NCBI GenBank assembly: GCA_964507405.1
Contig: CAZDPJ010000001.1
Coordinates: 10,504-74,503, forward strand
Direction of reading: 5' to 3'
DNA length: 64,000 bases
DNA from: an uncultured Staphylococcaceae bacterium
GTDB taxonomy: Bacteria > Bacillota_I > Bacilli_A > ML615J-28 > CAG-313
The notes under the pieces are model-generated. The model saw nothing but the letters and a program-made list of their open reading frames with translations. It did not search any database and was not told where the DNA came from. Position numbers and translations under genes: made by a program. Positions 30,681-41,271 of the stretch are shown piece after piece (the first letter of the stretch is position 1; each line of letters opens with the position of its first letter).

Positions 30681-30709
30681 ATTATATCATAATAAGCAAT
30701 AGCTGTCAA
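30681..30709 (-). promoter_or_regulatory. sigma-A type promoter TTGACA-17-TATAAT for rpsP, embedded in a 12-bp-stem hairpin that terminates the upstream ylbE-like gene
   Basis: minus-strand TTGACA (30704-30709) and TATAAT (30681-30686); hairpin ATAGCTGTCAAG/CTTGACAGCTAT 30699-30730. Confidence 0.5.
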
Positions 30710-30726
30710 GTTAAAAGGCTTGACAG

Positions 30727-30963
30727 CTATGAATTTAAATATTTTAACATTCCACTAATAAAATCAACTTGTTTTTTAAAGTTATTAATCTTATCATATG
30801 TCGTTAATTTTAGATTTACTTTTACTTCTTTTTCATATTCACTATATGCATCTGGATTATCATTTAAAATGATATACCATTTAGGATGATATCTTAAATA
30901 CGTTAAATATAAATCATTTTGATATAATTTATCTAATACATCTTGTCTCATTAATCCCACCAA
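30727..30963 (-). CDS. YlbE-like small protein
   Basis: 78 aa; YHPKWYIILNDNPDAY pattern resembling B. subtilis YlbE; overlaps ylbD-like gene by 13 nt. Confidence 0.45.
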   Translation of the reverse strand: MVGLMRQDVLDKLYQNDLYLTYLRYHPKWYIILNDNPDAYSEYEKEVKVNLKLTTYDKINNFKKQVDFISGMLKYLNS

Positions 30964-31325
30964 CTATTATAATTTGCATTATATAAGCCACCACTTGGTT
31001 TTCCACTAAATGTTTGGGTTATTTGTAATACTTTTTGAACCGTGTTTAATGTTTTACTAATCGAATCTGGATTTATTTTTTTAACATAACCCCATATATT
31101 TTTTAAATTTTCTGATGAAAGTAAGTCTTCAAGTTTTTTGTTATCTGTTTGTTTTATGCCTTCTTTTTCATATTTTTTCCACGATTCATCGTTTTCTCCT
31201 ATTATTACCCAATCTTCATATATTGATTGCCATGTCTTAGTTCCGCTTAAGACCTCATTTCTTACTAGTGGATGCTTAGAAACAAATTCTCTAAATTCAT
31301 TCATTCTACTTGCCAAATAAATCAC
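30951..31325 (-). CDS. YlbD-like putative spore-coat protein
   Basis: 124 aa; FREFVSKHPLVRNEV...WQSIYEDWVIIGENDESWKKY matches YlbD family pattern. Confidence 0.5.
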   Translation of the reverse strand: MIYLASRMNEFREFVSKHPLVRNEVLSGTKTWQSIYEDWVIIGENDESWKKYEKEGIKQTDNKKLEDLLSSENLKNIWGYVKKINPDSISKTLNTVQKVLQITQTFSGKPSGGLYNANYNSWWD

Positions 31326-31409
31326 CCCTACTTTAATTTATTACAAACAACTAATTTTGGTGACAAATAAAAGCTTGTTTTCATATTATATAGAGAAAGG
31401 AGGAATTAA

Positions 31410-31649
31410 ATGTTTTTTAAAAAGAAAGAGGAAAGATATAATTCAATGATGAATCCATATATGATGCCTCATCCAAATAGTCCAGAATATATGTATAATT
31501 ATCAAGAATTAAATCCTAACAATTATGATATGAGTAGACTCCAAACCGAAATTAATGAATTAAAACGGCTAAATAATGAAATGTTAAAAAGAGTCAGTAG
31601 ATTAGAAAATTATTTAGGTATTAGAGGAAATGATTCAACAAATTATTAA
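31410..31649 (+). CDS. hypothetical small protein (79 aa), Met/Asn/Tyr-rich N-term, coiled-coil C-term
   Basis: ORF with AAAGGAGG RBS; no family recognised. Confidence 0.35.
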   Translation: MFFKKKEERYNSMMNPYMMPHPNSPEYMYNYQELNPNNYDMSRLQTEINELKRLNNEMLKRVSRLENYLGIRGNDSTNY

Positions 31650-31921
31650 TTTTCTTTTAAAGTTTTAATGGTATGATAAATTGAAATACCTGTTGCCTCA
31701 AAAAAACTTTTATCATACTTTTTTTCTAAAGATACATTATTTATTATTTTACGATATTCATTATAGCTTTCAAGTAATTTTTCTTTTTTAACTAAATGAT
31801 GTTTAGTACTTTCTATCAATGAATAAAAGTTAAATATTTTCACTATTTCTTCTGTCGTAAATAAATCATAATCGATATTTAAAGCTATTTCTTGTTCATG
31901 TTTTTGTTTCATTATAATCAC
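31646..31921 (-). CDS. UPF0223 (YktA-like) family protein
   Basis: 91 aa; IDYDLFTTEEIVKIFNF...LLESYNEYRKIINNVSLEKK...FEATGISIYHTIKTLKE resembles UPF0223. Confidence 0.5.
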   Translation of the reverse strand: MIIMKQKHEQEIALNIDYDLFTTEEIVKIFNFYSLIESTKHHLVKKEKLLESYNEYRKIINNVSLEKKYDKSFFEATGISIYHTIKTLKEN

Positions 31922-32040
31922 CTATTTAAATTCTACCATATTTTTTTAAAAAGATAAATCAATATGATTTATAAACTTGGGTTATAACATAAACAAATAA
32001 TTATCTTTTATCATAATATAAAACAAAAGGAGGGGAATTT

Positions 32041-32184
32041 ATGTATCAACCAAATTATGGATTTAATTGTTGTCAACCAACAAATACAACATGTGGCTCT
32101 ACAGGTTGTGGAGGCGGTTACGGATACGCCTTAATTCTTGTATTATTCATTTTATTAGTAATTATTGGTACTGCTCGTTGGTAA
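32041..32184 (+). CDS. YjcZ-like small sporulation protein (47 aa), not in ORF track
   Basis: AAAGGAGGGG RBS 4 nt upstream; MYQPNYGFNCCQPTNTTCGSTGCGGGYGYALILVLFILLVIIGTARW: Gly/Cys-rich head + hydrophobic tail typical of YjcZ family; terminator follows. Confidence 0.55.
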   Translation: MYQPNYGFNCCQPTNTTCGSTGCGGGYGYALILVLFILLVIIGTARW

Positions 32185-32195
32185 TATAAGTTTTA

Positions 32196-32232
32196 AAAGA
32201 CTGCTGAAGAAATTTAGCAGTTTTCTTTTTAC
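32196..32232 (+). terminator. intrinsic terminator (CTGCTGAAG-loop-AGCAG + T-run) after yjcZ-like ORF
   Basis: read from sequence. Confidence 0.5.
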
Positions 32233-32289
32233 TTGTTTTTTTAATCATCTTTTAGTATAATTAATTTAACATAGAAAGCAGGTGGCATT

Positions 32290-32853
32290 ATGTTAACAAT
32301 GAAAGATATACTAAGAGAAGGAAATCAAGTATTAAAAAATAAATCCGTTGATGTTGAGATTCCGTTATCAAAAGAAAATAAAGAAACTATAGAAGAAATG
32401 ATTGAATATATTTTTAATTCAATTGATCCTGAAATATCAGAAAAATACAATTTACGTCCTGCTGTTGGTCTTGCGGCACCACAAATTGGTAAAAATATAA
32501 AAATGCTGGTGATGAACTGTGATGATGAACGTGGTAATAATCATTTTTACCCAATGATTAATCCCAAAATTGTTAGTTATTCCGAAGAGCAAACTTATCT
32601 ACCAAATGGTGAAGGCTGTTTATCGGTTGACCGAAATGTGGAAGGATTAATTCATCGTGCTAAAAGAGTTACTGTTGAAACATATTTATATGATAACGGT
32701 AATCTAGTAAATGTAAAACTTCGTTTAAGAGGTTATCCCGCTGTTGTATTTCAACATGAATATGACCATTTAAATGGGATATTATTTGTTGACCATATAA
32801 ATAAAGATAAACCATTCTTCGTTCCTAGTAATTCAACACCAATCGAATTTTAA
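32290..32853 (+). CDS. def: peptide deformylase
   Basis: GLAAPQIG, EGCLS, QHEYDHLNG motifs. Confidence 0.9.
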   Translation: MLTMKDILREGNQVLKNKSVDVEIPLSKENKETIEEMIEYIFNSIDPEISEKYNLRPAVGLAAPQIGKNIKMLVMNCDDERGNNHFYPMINPKIVSYSEEQTYLPNGEGCLSVDRNVEGLIHRAKRVTVETYLYDNGNLVNVKLRLRGYPAVVFQHEYDHLNGILFVDHINKDKPFFVPSNSTPIEF

Positions 32854-32871
32854 AACATATCATAAGAAATC

Positions 32872-33672
32872 TTATGATATGTTTTTTTCAATAATATATT
32901 TATTTATACTTTTAACTAATCCTTCATCTTTAATATCTTCACATATATATTTTGATGCTTCTTTAGCAAGCGTTGTTCCGTTACCCATACAAATTGATGT
33001 ACCTACTTTTTCAAACATCACGGTATCATTATCTGAATCACCAAAGGCATAAGTATTTTCTAGTTTATAATCCATCATCTTCATAACTATTTCCACACCA
33101 TGGCCTTTTGATGTTCCACTTGGAATAATATCTGCTCCAAAGTTGCCCCATTTAATAATGTTTAAATTAGGAAACATTGGTCTTAATTTATCAATTTCAT
33201 CATTATTAATAAAAATCCACATTTGGTTGATTTCATCTTTTTTTCTAAATTTAGTTTTTACTGTAAAATCAACATGGGCATTAATATATTTTCTAAAATT
33301 ATCAATTGTTACATCATCTAAAAAATTAATATAAAGTTTTTCAAGAGTTAACATCATTAAACACATTTTATTATTTAATGCATATTCACATAACTTATTA
33401 ACTTCATTATAATCAATTTTATTAGAATAAACAACTTTATTATCGATTATAATGTATTGTCCATTCGCAAGAACAAACCCTTTAAATAAGTGTTTATATG
33501 GATCTAAACAACTAATTGTATTCATTGTTCTTCCTGAAGCAATATATAAATCATAGTTATCATCACTACTAAGTTTTTCAAGCATTTCAACTGTTTTTTC
33601 ACGTAATCCTTTAATTGAACTATCATATAACGTTCCATCTATATCAAAAAATAATGCTTTTTTATTATTCAT
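32872..33672 (-). CDS. Cof-type HAD-IIB family hydrolase
   Basis: 266 aa; FFDIDGTL motif I, GDSDND motif IV. Confidence 0.75.
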   Translation of the reverse strand: MNNKKALFFDIDGTLYDSSIKGLREKTVEMLEKLSSDDNYDLYIASGRTMNTISCLDPYKHLFKGFVLANGQYIIIDNKVVYSNKIDYNEVNKLCEYALNNKMCLMMLTLEKLYINFLDDVTIDNFRKYINAHVDFTVKTKFRKKDEINQMWIFINNDEIDKLRPMFPNLNIIKWGNFGADIIPSGTSKGHGVEIVMKMMDYKLENTYAFGDSDNDTVMFEKVGTSICMGNGTTLAKEASKYICEDIKDEGLVKSINKYIIEKNIS

Positions 33673-33835
33673 AATAACCCCCTAACTATTTTTGTAAATT
33701 TAGAATACCATTTATTTTTTATAAATTCAAATCAAATGCTAAATAAATTTAATTTTTATTTGTTTTATACTAGATGAAAAATGAAAAATTTGGTATAATA
33801 ATATAGTAATAAATTTTATAGAAAGGAGGAATAAA

Positions 33836-35584
33836 ATGAATAAAGTACCAAATAAAATGAAGCATTCATCTTCTAATGATATCAAAATATATTCACTAGG
33901 TGGACTTGGTGTTGTCGGAATGAATATGTATGTAGTAGAAACAAAAGACGAAATCTTAGTAATGGACGCTGGAATCTTATTCGCCGATGATGAAGCCAAT
34001 GGCGTTAACTATATAATTCCGGATTTTACCCATTTAATTAATAATGAACAAAAGATTGTTGGTTTATTTATTACTCATGGACATGAAGACCATATAGGCG
34101 CTATACCTTTTTTATTACAAAAAGTAAAAATACCAGTGATATATGCAAATGGGATTGCACTTGGTTTAATTAAAAATAAAATGCAAGAATTTCCAAAAAT
34201 ATCATATAACCTTCAGCCTTTTAATGATAATACTGAACTTAATTTTAAAAGTTTTTCTGTAAGTTTCTTTAGAACAAATCATAGTATTCCCGATTCTTAT
34301 GGAATCGCAATTAAGACAAGACTTGGATATATTGTTAATACCGGAGACTTTAAATTTGATTTTAGTCCTATTGGTGAAAAATCAGATTACTATAAAATGA
34401 CTAAGTTAGGTAATGATGGTGTATTATGTTTAATGGCCGATAGTACAAATGCTGATATAGCTCAATTTTCAGCAAGTGAACGAAAGATTGGAGAAAACTT
34501 GAATAATTTATTCTCACAAATAGAAGGTCGAATAATAGTGGCTACTTTCGCTTCAAATGTTTATCGTGTACAACAAATACTAGAAGCAAGTATTAATTCA
34601 AATCGAGATATAATTGTTTTTGGTCATAGTATGGAAAAAACAATTGAAGTTGCTTCACGCCTAAAGTATATTACCATTCCAAGAGAAAGAATTCATTATG
34701 GACGTGATTTAAGAAAATTAGAAAATAGTCGGGTTACAATTTTATGTACTGGCTCACAAGGAGAACCACTTGCGGCACTATCAAAAATTGCTAATGGAAC
34801 GCATAAACAAATAAAATTACTTCCTAACGATACGGTTATATTCTCAAGTAAACCCATTCCTGGAAATGAACAATTCATAAATCGTAACATTAATAAGTTA
34901 GTTCATGCAGGGGCACATGTAATTAAGAATAGTCCCCTAACTGATACTCATACTACAGGTCATGCCTCACAAAATGAGATACGTTTAATGCTTACGTTTA
35001 TGAATCCAAAATACTTTTTACCAGTCCATGGTGAATACTCAATGTTAAAAAAACATGCGGATATAGCAATATCAATGGGTGTTCCTAAAAATAATTGTTT
35101 TATTTTAGAACAAGGTGATGTATTATCAATTGGCCAAAAAAATGCTAAAGTAATTAAAAATGGAGTTGTTGCATCTGACGTATACCTTGACGCATCTTTA
35201 AGTGATGTCGATAGTAATATCTTAAAAGAACGTAAAAAAATGAGTGATGGTGGACTTGTTGTTGTTAATTTTTCCATTAATAAAGAAAAAACAATTACAT
35301 ATCCAACTAAGGTCGTAACAAGAGGATTTATGGATCCTTCTTTAGCCAATGAATTCTGTGAAATGATTAGACAAAAAGCAGATGAAACTATTCTAAATGC
35401 TTTAAATAATTATAAAATAATCAATAAAAACTATTTAGAAAGACAAGTAAATATTAGTCTAAATCAATTCATCTATAAAAAAACTGAACGTAAACCATTA
35501 ATAATTACATCTGTTAATATTATTGAAACTACAAAAAAAGTAGAACCAAAATTCAAAAAGAATTATAATAAGAAAAATAAATAA
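33836..35584 (+). CDS. rnj: ribonuclease J
   Basis: 582 aa; metallo-beta-lactamase HGHEDHIG, beta-CASP and C-terminal domain; GGAGGA RBS. Confidence 0.9.
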   Translation: MNKVPNKMKHSSSNDIKIYSLGGLGVVGMNMYVVETKDEILVMDAGILFADDEANGVNYIIPDFTHLINNEQKIVGLFITHGHEDHIGAIPFLLQKVKIPVIYANGIALGLIKNKMQEFPKISYNLQPFNDNTELNFKSFSVSFFRTNHSIPDSYGIAIKTRLGYIVNTGDFKFDFSPIGEKSDYYKMTKLGNDGVLCLMADSTNADIAQFSASERKIGENLNNLFSQIEGRIIVATFASNVYRVQQILEASINSNRDIIVFGHSMEKTIEVASRLKYITIPRERIHYGRDLRKLENSRVTILCTGSQGEPLAALSKIANGTHKQIKLLPNDTVIFSSKPIPGNEQFINRNINKLVHAGAHVIKNSPLTDTHTTGHASQNEIRLMLTFMNPKYFLPVHGEYSMLKKHADIAISMGVPKNNCFILEQGDVLSIGQKNAKVIKNGVVASDVYLDASLSDVDSNILKERKKMSDGGLVVVNFSINKEKTITYPTKVVTRGFMDPSLANEFCEMIRQKADETILNALNNYKIINKNYLERQVNISLNQFIYKKTERKPLIITSVNIIETTKKVEPKFKKNYNKKNK

Positions 35585-35597
35585 TATTATAATAAAG

Positions 35598-35626
35598 CAA
35601 AAAACACCATTATTTGGTGTTTTTAT
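35598..35626. terminator. bidirectional terminator (AAAAACACCA-loop-TGGTGTTTTT) between rnj and exonuclease gene
   Basis: perfect 10-bp stem flanked by A/T runs; overlaps stop of minus-strand gene. Confidence 0.5.
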
Positions 35627-36485
35627 TTTTCTTTTTTATTTCCTCTAAAAATAAATGAAATATTTCAGATGTTGCGACAGCATCATTTAAAGAATCATGA
35701 TCTTGTTCATTAGGTGCGTGACGTCCAAATAATTCATAAGCATTAAATAAACCTATATCTGATTTAATACTATAATAATTTTTGATTACTTGCATAATAT
35801 TTACTATTTGTCTACGTTCTAATAATTTAGGCTTATGATGCATTTCACAAGATAAATCTATAACATATATATCATTACGTCCCCAGACATATACAATTGG
35901 TTGATATAGACTAATGATATTTTTTAATGTATAATAAAATTGATTATATGTTTGTGCATTTTTAAAATCATCTTTTGTTAAATTTAAAAATTCACATGTA
36001 CGATCCGTTATGCTATTATTATCAAGTGGTAAGACATTATCATGTAATGTTAAGACAAAATTACCTTCACTATCTTCTAAATATACACCATATTGAATTA
36101 TTTCTGGTTTAAAGCCACTACCATGAACATATGAATAACTAGGCATAGTAAATTCTAAATCAATAAACATTCGATATGAATCTTTAGATAATAATTTATC
36201 AACACTTTTTTTAATCATATCTAAATCATAATATGTGATGCATTTTCGTTTAGTATGACGCATCATCTTCGTAAAGCTAATAACCTCACGCATTGAATGG
36301 TGGCACTTAATGATTTTAGTTTCTTTACATATAAAGAATACATATAAACCTTCATGTAAATAAGGTTTAAATTTTTTATACTGACTTCTGCTAAAATAGA
36401 AAAATTCTATTTTGTTATTAATCTTTATTTCAAAAGTTCTATCATCTAAATTGATTTTTCTAATTTTACCAAAGAGTGTCATCAA
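35610..36485 (-). CDS. DEDDh-type 3'-5' exonuclease with ~100-aa N-terminal extension (KapD-like)
   Basis: 291 aa; Exo I FIDLEFTMP, Exo III HDSLNDAVATSEIF. Confidence 0.5.
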   Translation of the reverse strand: MMTLFGKIRKINLDDRTFEIKINNKIEFFYFSRSQYKKFKPYLHEGLYVFFICKETKIIKCHHSMREVISFTKMMRHTKRKCITYYDLDMIKKSVDKLLSKDSYRMFIDLEFTMPSYSYVHGSGFKPEIIQYGVYLEDSEGNFVLTLHDNVLPLDNNSITDRTCEFLNLTKDDFKNAQTYNQFYYTLKNIISLYQPIVYVWGRNDIYVIDLSCEMHHKPKLLERRQIVNIMQVIKNYYSIKSDIGLFNAYELFGRHAPNEQDHDSLNDAVATSEIFHLFLEEIKKKNKNTK

Positions 36486-36503
36486 GAGCCATCACCTTCT
36501 TTC

Positions 36504-36713
36504 TTATAACTTTATTTCATTCATTTTAATTAATTCAAGTAGTGCTTGACTTCGTCCTTTTACTCCAAGTTTTTGAATAACATTTGAAATATGATTTCTT
36601 ACCGTTTTACTACTTATACCAAATTCAGATGCTATTTCATTTGTATCATAGTTTTTAACTAATAACTTGAATATTTCTTTTTCACGAGTTGTTAAGAACT
36701 TACTCTTTTGCAT
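36504..36713 (-). CDS. GerE/LuxR-family helix-turn-helix protein (69 aa)
   Basis: LTTREKEIFKLLVKNYDTNEIASEFGISSKTVRNHISNVIQKLGV; size and sequence GerE-like. Confidence 0.65.
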   Translation of the reverse strand: MQKSKFLTTREKEIFKLLVKNYDTNEIASEFGISSKTVRNHISNVIQKLGVKGRSQALLELIKMNEIKL

Positions 36714-36751
36714 CTAATCCCCACACTTTCATTTTATTTTATGAGGGACTA

Positions 36752-38557
36752 TTACATTTGGTCACGATTATTTACAACTTCAAGGATTTTTTTAGCAAGA
36801 GAACTAGGAAATCCAAGTGATTTTAGTTTATCGATTGAACAAGTTGCAAGTTCATCTAAAGAAGAAAATTCTTTCATTAAAGTTATTTTTCTCATTTTAC
36901 CAATTCCTTTAATATCATCAAATATCGAAACAAAAGAATTTTTAGAATGAGTTTGTTTAAAGAAAGAAATTGCAAAGCGATGGACTTCATCTTGCATAGC
37001 TTCTAAAAGAAGGAAAGTATTATTCTTTTTATCTAGTTTAATTTCCTCTAAATTACTAGTTATTATCATATCTGTACGATGCTTATCATCTTTCGCAAGT
37101 CCAATTAAATTAAGATTTAAATTTAATTTTTCAAGTACGAGTTTTGCGGCTCTAACTTGAGGAGCGCCACCATCAACAATAATTAGATTTGGAAAACGAC
37201 CATTTTCTTTTTGGATTCTACTATATCTTCTTTCAATTATCTCCTGCATAGTATGATAATCATCAGCACCTTGAACAGTTTTTACTTTATATTTCCGATA
37301 ATCTTTAGGAGATGGAACCCCATCAATATATGTAACCATCGCACTAACACTAGATACACCATTAATATTTGAGTTATCAAAGATTTCTATTACTTTAGGA
37401 TATTCTATTTTTAATATATTTGCTAAATCCTCAAGAGGAGTTGTTGTTTTACTTAATTTAATTAAACGCATTTTTTGTAAGTTTTCTAAATTATTTTGTG
37501 CATTTTCATTAACTAAATTAACAAGTTGTTTTTTAATTCCTTTAACGGGGACAACAACATTTAAATCAAGAGCATCCCTTATAATTTCATAACCTTCAAT
37601 ATAAGGTATTAATATTTCTGATGGTTTAACAGCATTATTTTTTTCATAAAACTGATATAAATATTCACATAATATTTCATTAACATCATCAATAATATCA
37701 AATACTTCACCATTTCTTTCAATTAGTTTTCCCGACCTCATATGAAGTAACTGTACACATACTAAATCATCTTTAATGTAAAAGCCAAAGATATCTCGAT
37801 TCTTACCATCTTGAATCGTCATTTTTTGAGGGGTAAGTAATTCCTTTACACTCTCAATAATATTACGATATTCAATTGCTTCTTCAAATTGAAGATTACC
37901 AGCCGCATCATTCATTTTTATAGTAAGATCTTTTATTAATGTTTGATTACTACCTGATAAAACTTCATTTACTTCATTTATTAAAGGTGTATATGCTTCT
38001 TCTTCTATTTTATTAATGCATGGTGCAAGGCATTGTTTTATATCATAATATAAGCAACTTTTTTTAGGTATATTCATACATTTTCTAAATGGATATATTT
38101 TATTTAATAACTCTACTGTTTCACGACATGCTTTAACATTAGGAAAAGGACCATATATTTTTAATGGTCTTTTTTTTCCTTTTAATTTTACATCACGAGT
38201 CATAATTAATCGTGGATTAGATTCATTAGTTATTACAATATAGGGGTAAGTTTTATCATCCATTAACATAATATTATATTTAGGACGATATTCCTTTATA
38301 TAATTTAATTCAAGTAAAAATGCTTCTAATTCACTACTTGTAATTATATATTCAAAATCAAAGACATTTTGGACCATTTTTGTTGTTTTAGCATCGTGAG
38401 AACCAGTAAAATAACTTTTCAGACGATTTTGTAATATTTTAGCTTTTCCTACATAAATGATATTACCAAATTCATCTTTCATCTGATAACATCCTGGTTT
38501 TTTCGGAACAAGTGATAATTTAATTTTAATATTCTCTAAAATTTGTGAGCGGTCCAT
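36752..38557 (-). CDS. uvrC: excinuclease ABC subunit C
   Basis: 601 aa; N-terminal GIY-YIG (GCYQMKDEFGNIIYVGKAKIL), UvrBC, RNaseH-like and HhH domains. Confidence 0.9.
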   Translation of the reverse strand: MDRSQILENIKIKLSLVPKKPGCYQMKDEFGNIIYVGKAKILQNRLKSYFTGSHDAKTTKMVQNVFDFEYIITSSELEAFLLELNYIKEYRPKYNIMLMDDKTYPYIVITNESNPRLIMTRDVKLKGKKRPLKIYGPFPNVKACRETVELLNKIYPFRKCMNIPKKSCLYYDIKQCLAPCINKIEEEAYTPLINEVNEVLSGSNQTLIKDLTIKMNDAAGNLQFEEAIEYRNIIESVKELLTPQKMTIQDGKNRDIFGFYIKDDLVCVQLLHMRSGKLIERNGEVFDIIDDVNEILCEYLYQFYEKNNAVKPSEILIPYIEGYEIIRDALDLNVVVPVKGIKKQLVNLVNENAQNNLENLQKMRLIKLSKTTTPLEDLANILKIEYPKVIEIFDNSNINGVSSVSAMVTYIDGVPSPKDYRKYKVKTVQGADDYHTMQEIIERRYSRIQKENGRFPNLIIVDGGAPQVRAAKLVLEKLNLNLNLIGLAKDDKHRTDMIITSNLEEIKLDKKNNTFLLLEAMQDEVHRFAISFFKQTHSKNSFVSIFDDIKGIGKMRKITLMKEFSSLDELATCSIDKLKSLGFPSSLAKKILEVVNNRDQM

Positions 38558-38568
38558 ATTTACTCCTA

Positions 38569-38907
38569 TTATTTTTTTAGGCTATCTAAAATAGAAGTAA
38601 TTCGATTACCATATTCTAGTGACTCATCATATTTAAAACGAAGTTCAGGTGTTTTTCTTAAATCAATACGATGAGCAAGTTCACTTCTTAAAAAGCCACT
38701 AGCATTAACTAATTGTTTCGATGTTGCCTCTTTTTCATTATCATTGCCTAATACTGTATACCATACAGTTGCTTGAGATAAATCATTAGTAACGACAACT
38801 TTGGTTACCGATACATATTTTAACAATTCATTTTTAGCTTCATCTCTAAGAATATATGCTAATTCTTTTTCAATCATTTTTTCAATTCTATCAATACGAT
38901 AAGCCAT
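38569..38907 (-). CDS. rbfA: ribosome-binding factor A
   Basis: 112 aa; position after infB. Confidence 0.85.
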   Translation of the reverse strand: MAYRIDRIEKMIEKELAYILRDEAKNELLKYVSVTKVVVTNDLSQATVWYTVLGNDNEKEATSKQLVNASGFLRSELAHRIDLRKTPELRFKYDESLEYGNRITSILDSLKK

Positions 38908-38910
38908 TAA

Positions 38911-41271
38911 TTAATCCCTCTCTACTTCTTCCATAACAAAGCACTCTAATACATCGCCAACTTTAATATCATTGTAGTTTTCAATCGTAATACCACATTC
39001 ATATCCTGCTTTAACTTCTTTAGCATCATCTTTAAAACGTTTTAATGAACCAATCTTACCACTATAAACAACAATACTATCACGAATAATTCTTACGCCA
39101 CCATTACGAACAATACTACCACTTACAACATAGCATCCAGCAATGGTTCCAACTTTACTAACTTTATAAATTTCACGTACTTCAGCTTGTCCAGAATTTT
39201 TTTCTTCATAAACAGGGTCTAACATACCTTTAACAGCTTTTTCAATATCTTCTTGTAATTTATAGATAATATTATATAATCTAATTTCAACGCCTTTTTC
39301 TTTAGCAATATCAGAAATGGAAGCAAGTGGACGAATATTAAATCCAACAATTATTGCTTTTGAGGCAATTGCTAAACTAATATCATTATCCGTAATTCCA
39401 CCAACTCGAGAACTGATAACATTTATCTTTGTCCCTTCGATATTAATCTTTTCAAGTAAGCCTTTAATGGCTTCAATTGAACCTTGAACATCACATTTAA
39501 TAATTAAATTTAAATTCTTTAAAGATTCATCTTCTTGATTTTTAAAGATATCATTTAATGATGCTGCTTTGCCAACACCTTTTTCTTGATTAAATTTATT
39601 TAATGATCTCGTTTCCGCAATTTCTTTAGCTTTACGTTCATCATTAATTACCATGAATTTTTCACCAGCAAATGGAACTTCCATAATACCAGTTATTTCT
39701 ACTGGTTTTGATGGACCTGCAGACTTAATTGATTGACCTAATTCATTTTGCATGGCACGGATTTTACCATATGTATTACCAACAACAACGATATCACCAA
39801 CTTTTATTGTTCCATTTTGAACAAGTAATGTGGCAACTGGGCCTTTTCCTTTATCAAGCTTCGCTTCGATGACAGTACCAATACCTAAACGATTTGGATT
39901 GGCTTTATATTCTTTCATATCACTTAATAAAACAATCATTTCAAGTAATTCATCAACACCCTTACCAGTTAAAGCAGAGATTGGAACAAAGATTGTATCG
40001 CCACCCCAGTCTTCAGCAAGTAAATTATATTCTGTTAATTCTTGTTTAATTCTATCAGGTGTAACTCCTGGTTTATCCATTTTATTAACCGCAACAATAA
40101 TTGGAACATTAGCCGCTTGAGCATGTTCAATTGCTTCTTTTGTTTGAGGCATTACTCCATCATCAGCAGCAACAACTAATACAACAATATCAGTAATTTG
40201 AGCTCCACGTGCTCTCATTTCTGTAAATGCGGCATGTCCTGGAGTATCAATGAAAGTAATTAAATGGCCATTCTTTTCAACTTGGTACGCACCGATATGT
40301 TGAGTAATACCACCAGCTTCACCAGTAACAACATGGCTACTACGAATTGTATCAAGAAGTGTTGTTTTTCCATGGTCAACGTGACCCATAATAGTAACGA
40401 TGGCTGGACGTAAAACTTTATCTTCTTCACTATCTTCAAAAGACATTTCATCAAATCTAGTCATATCAGTGATTTGTTTATCTTTAATTTCATAGTCATA
40501 TTCAATAGCTATAAGTTCAGCTGTATCGCGATCTAAGCTTTGTGTAGCATTAGCAAGAATGCCCATTGAAACAAATAATTTTTTAACAAGTTCAGTTACA
40601 TTAATATTTAAGGCATTAGCAATTTCACTAACTGTCATTCCATTTTCATAATATAAAACATGGTCTTGTTTTTCTTCTTTTCCAGGGATATTACTTGTTC
40701 TTTTTTCTTTTACTTTTTCATGACGATTTTTATTACTATTTTTCTTTTTTATTTTAATTGTTTCTTCACTTTGACTAGACTTTTTACGAGAACCTTTATT
40801 TTCTCTTGTAATATTATATTCATCGTCTTCTAAGAATTCTTGATATTTTTCTAAAGTAGCTTCATCAACACGAGGTTGGATTATTTCATCAATTATCGGT
40901 CTAACGACTACTTTTTCGACTTTCTCTATTTTTTTCTCTACTTCTTTTGGTTTTTGAATTTCTATTTTCTTAACTTCAGGTTTTTTTACTTGAGGTTTAT
41001 CATTTTTATTAAAACGAGGAGCTTCTTGTTTTTTTACTTCTTGCTTTACTTGAGGTTTAGAAGCAACTACTGGTTTAGGTTTAGTTGGAACTACCTTTTT
41101 AAATGGATAAGGAACCCCATATCTTTTGGCTAATTTCTTTTCCACATCTTTATCAACCATTGTTTCTTCTTTCATTGAAGTATCTACACCTACATTTGGT
41201 AATATATTTAATAATTCGGTAGATGAAATTTTAAATATTTCTGCTAATTCTTTGACTTTCATATTAGTCAC
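38911..41271 (-). CDS. infB: translation initiation factor IF-2
   Basis: 786 aa; [21 protein letters not shown] GTPase motifs. Confidence 0.95.
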   Translation of the reverse strand: MTNMKVKELAEIFKISSTELLNILPNVGVDTSMKEETMVDKDVEKKLAKRYGVPYPFKKVVPTKPKPVVASKPQVKQEVKKQEAPRFNKNDKPQVKKPEVKKIEIQKPKEVEKKIEKVEKVVVRPIIDEIIQPRVDEATLEKYQEFLEDDEYNITRENKGSRKKSSQSEETIKIKKKNSNKNRHEKVKEKRTSNIPGKEEKQDHVLYYENGMTVSEIANALNINVTELVKKLFVSMGILANATQSLDRDTAELIAIEYDYEIKDKQITDMTRFDEMSFEDSEEDKVLRPAIVTIMGHVDHGKTTLLDTIRSSHVVTGEAGGITQHIGAYQVEKNGHLITFIDTPGHAAFTEMRARGAQITDIVVLVVAADDGVMPQTKEAIEHAQAANVPIIVAVNKMDKPGVTPDRIKQELTEYNLLAEDWGGDTIFVPISALTGKGVDELLEMIVLLSDMKEYKANPNRLGIGTVIEAKLDKGKGPVATLLVQNGTIKVGDIVVVGNTYGKIRAMQNELGQSIKSAGPSKPVEITGIMEVPFAGEKFMVINDERKAKEIAETRSLNKFNQEKGVGKAASLNDIFKNQEDESLKNLNLIIKCDVQGSIEAIKGLLEKINIEGTKINVISSRVGGITDNDISLAIASKAIIVGFNIRPLASISDIAKEKGVEIRLYNIIYKLQEDIEKAVKGMLDPVYEEKNSGQAEVREIYKVSKVGTIAGCYVVSGSIVRNGGVRIIRDSIVVYSGKIGSLKRFKDDAKEVKAGYECGITIENYNDIKVGDVLECFVMEEVERD

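Noticed and set aside
40260-41133. Nested ORFs within infB (64 aa minus, 85 aa plus) and within nusA/ylxQ regions (41350-41538, 41862-42059)
   Set aside because: They are embedded in highly conserved essential genes, and the translations are Phe/Leu-rich nonsense.
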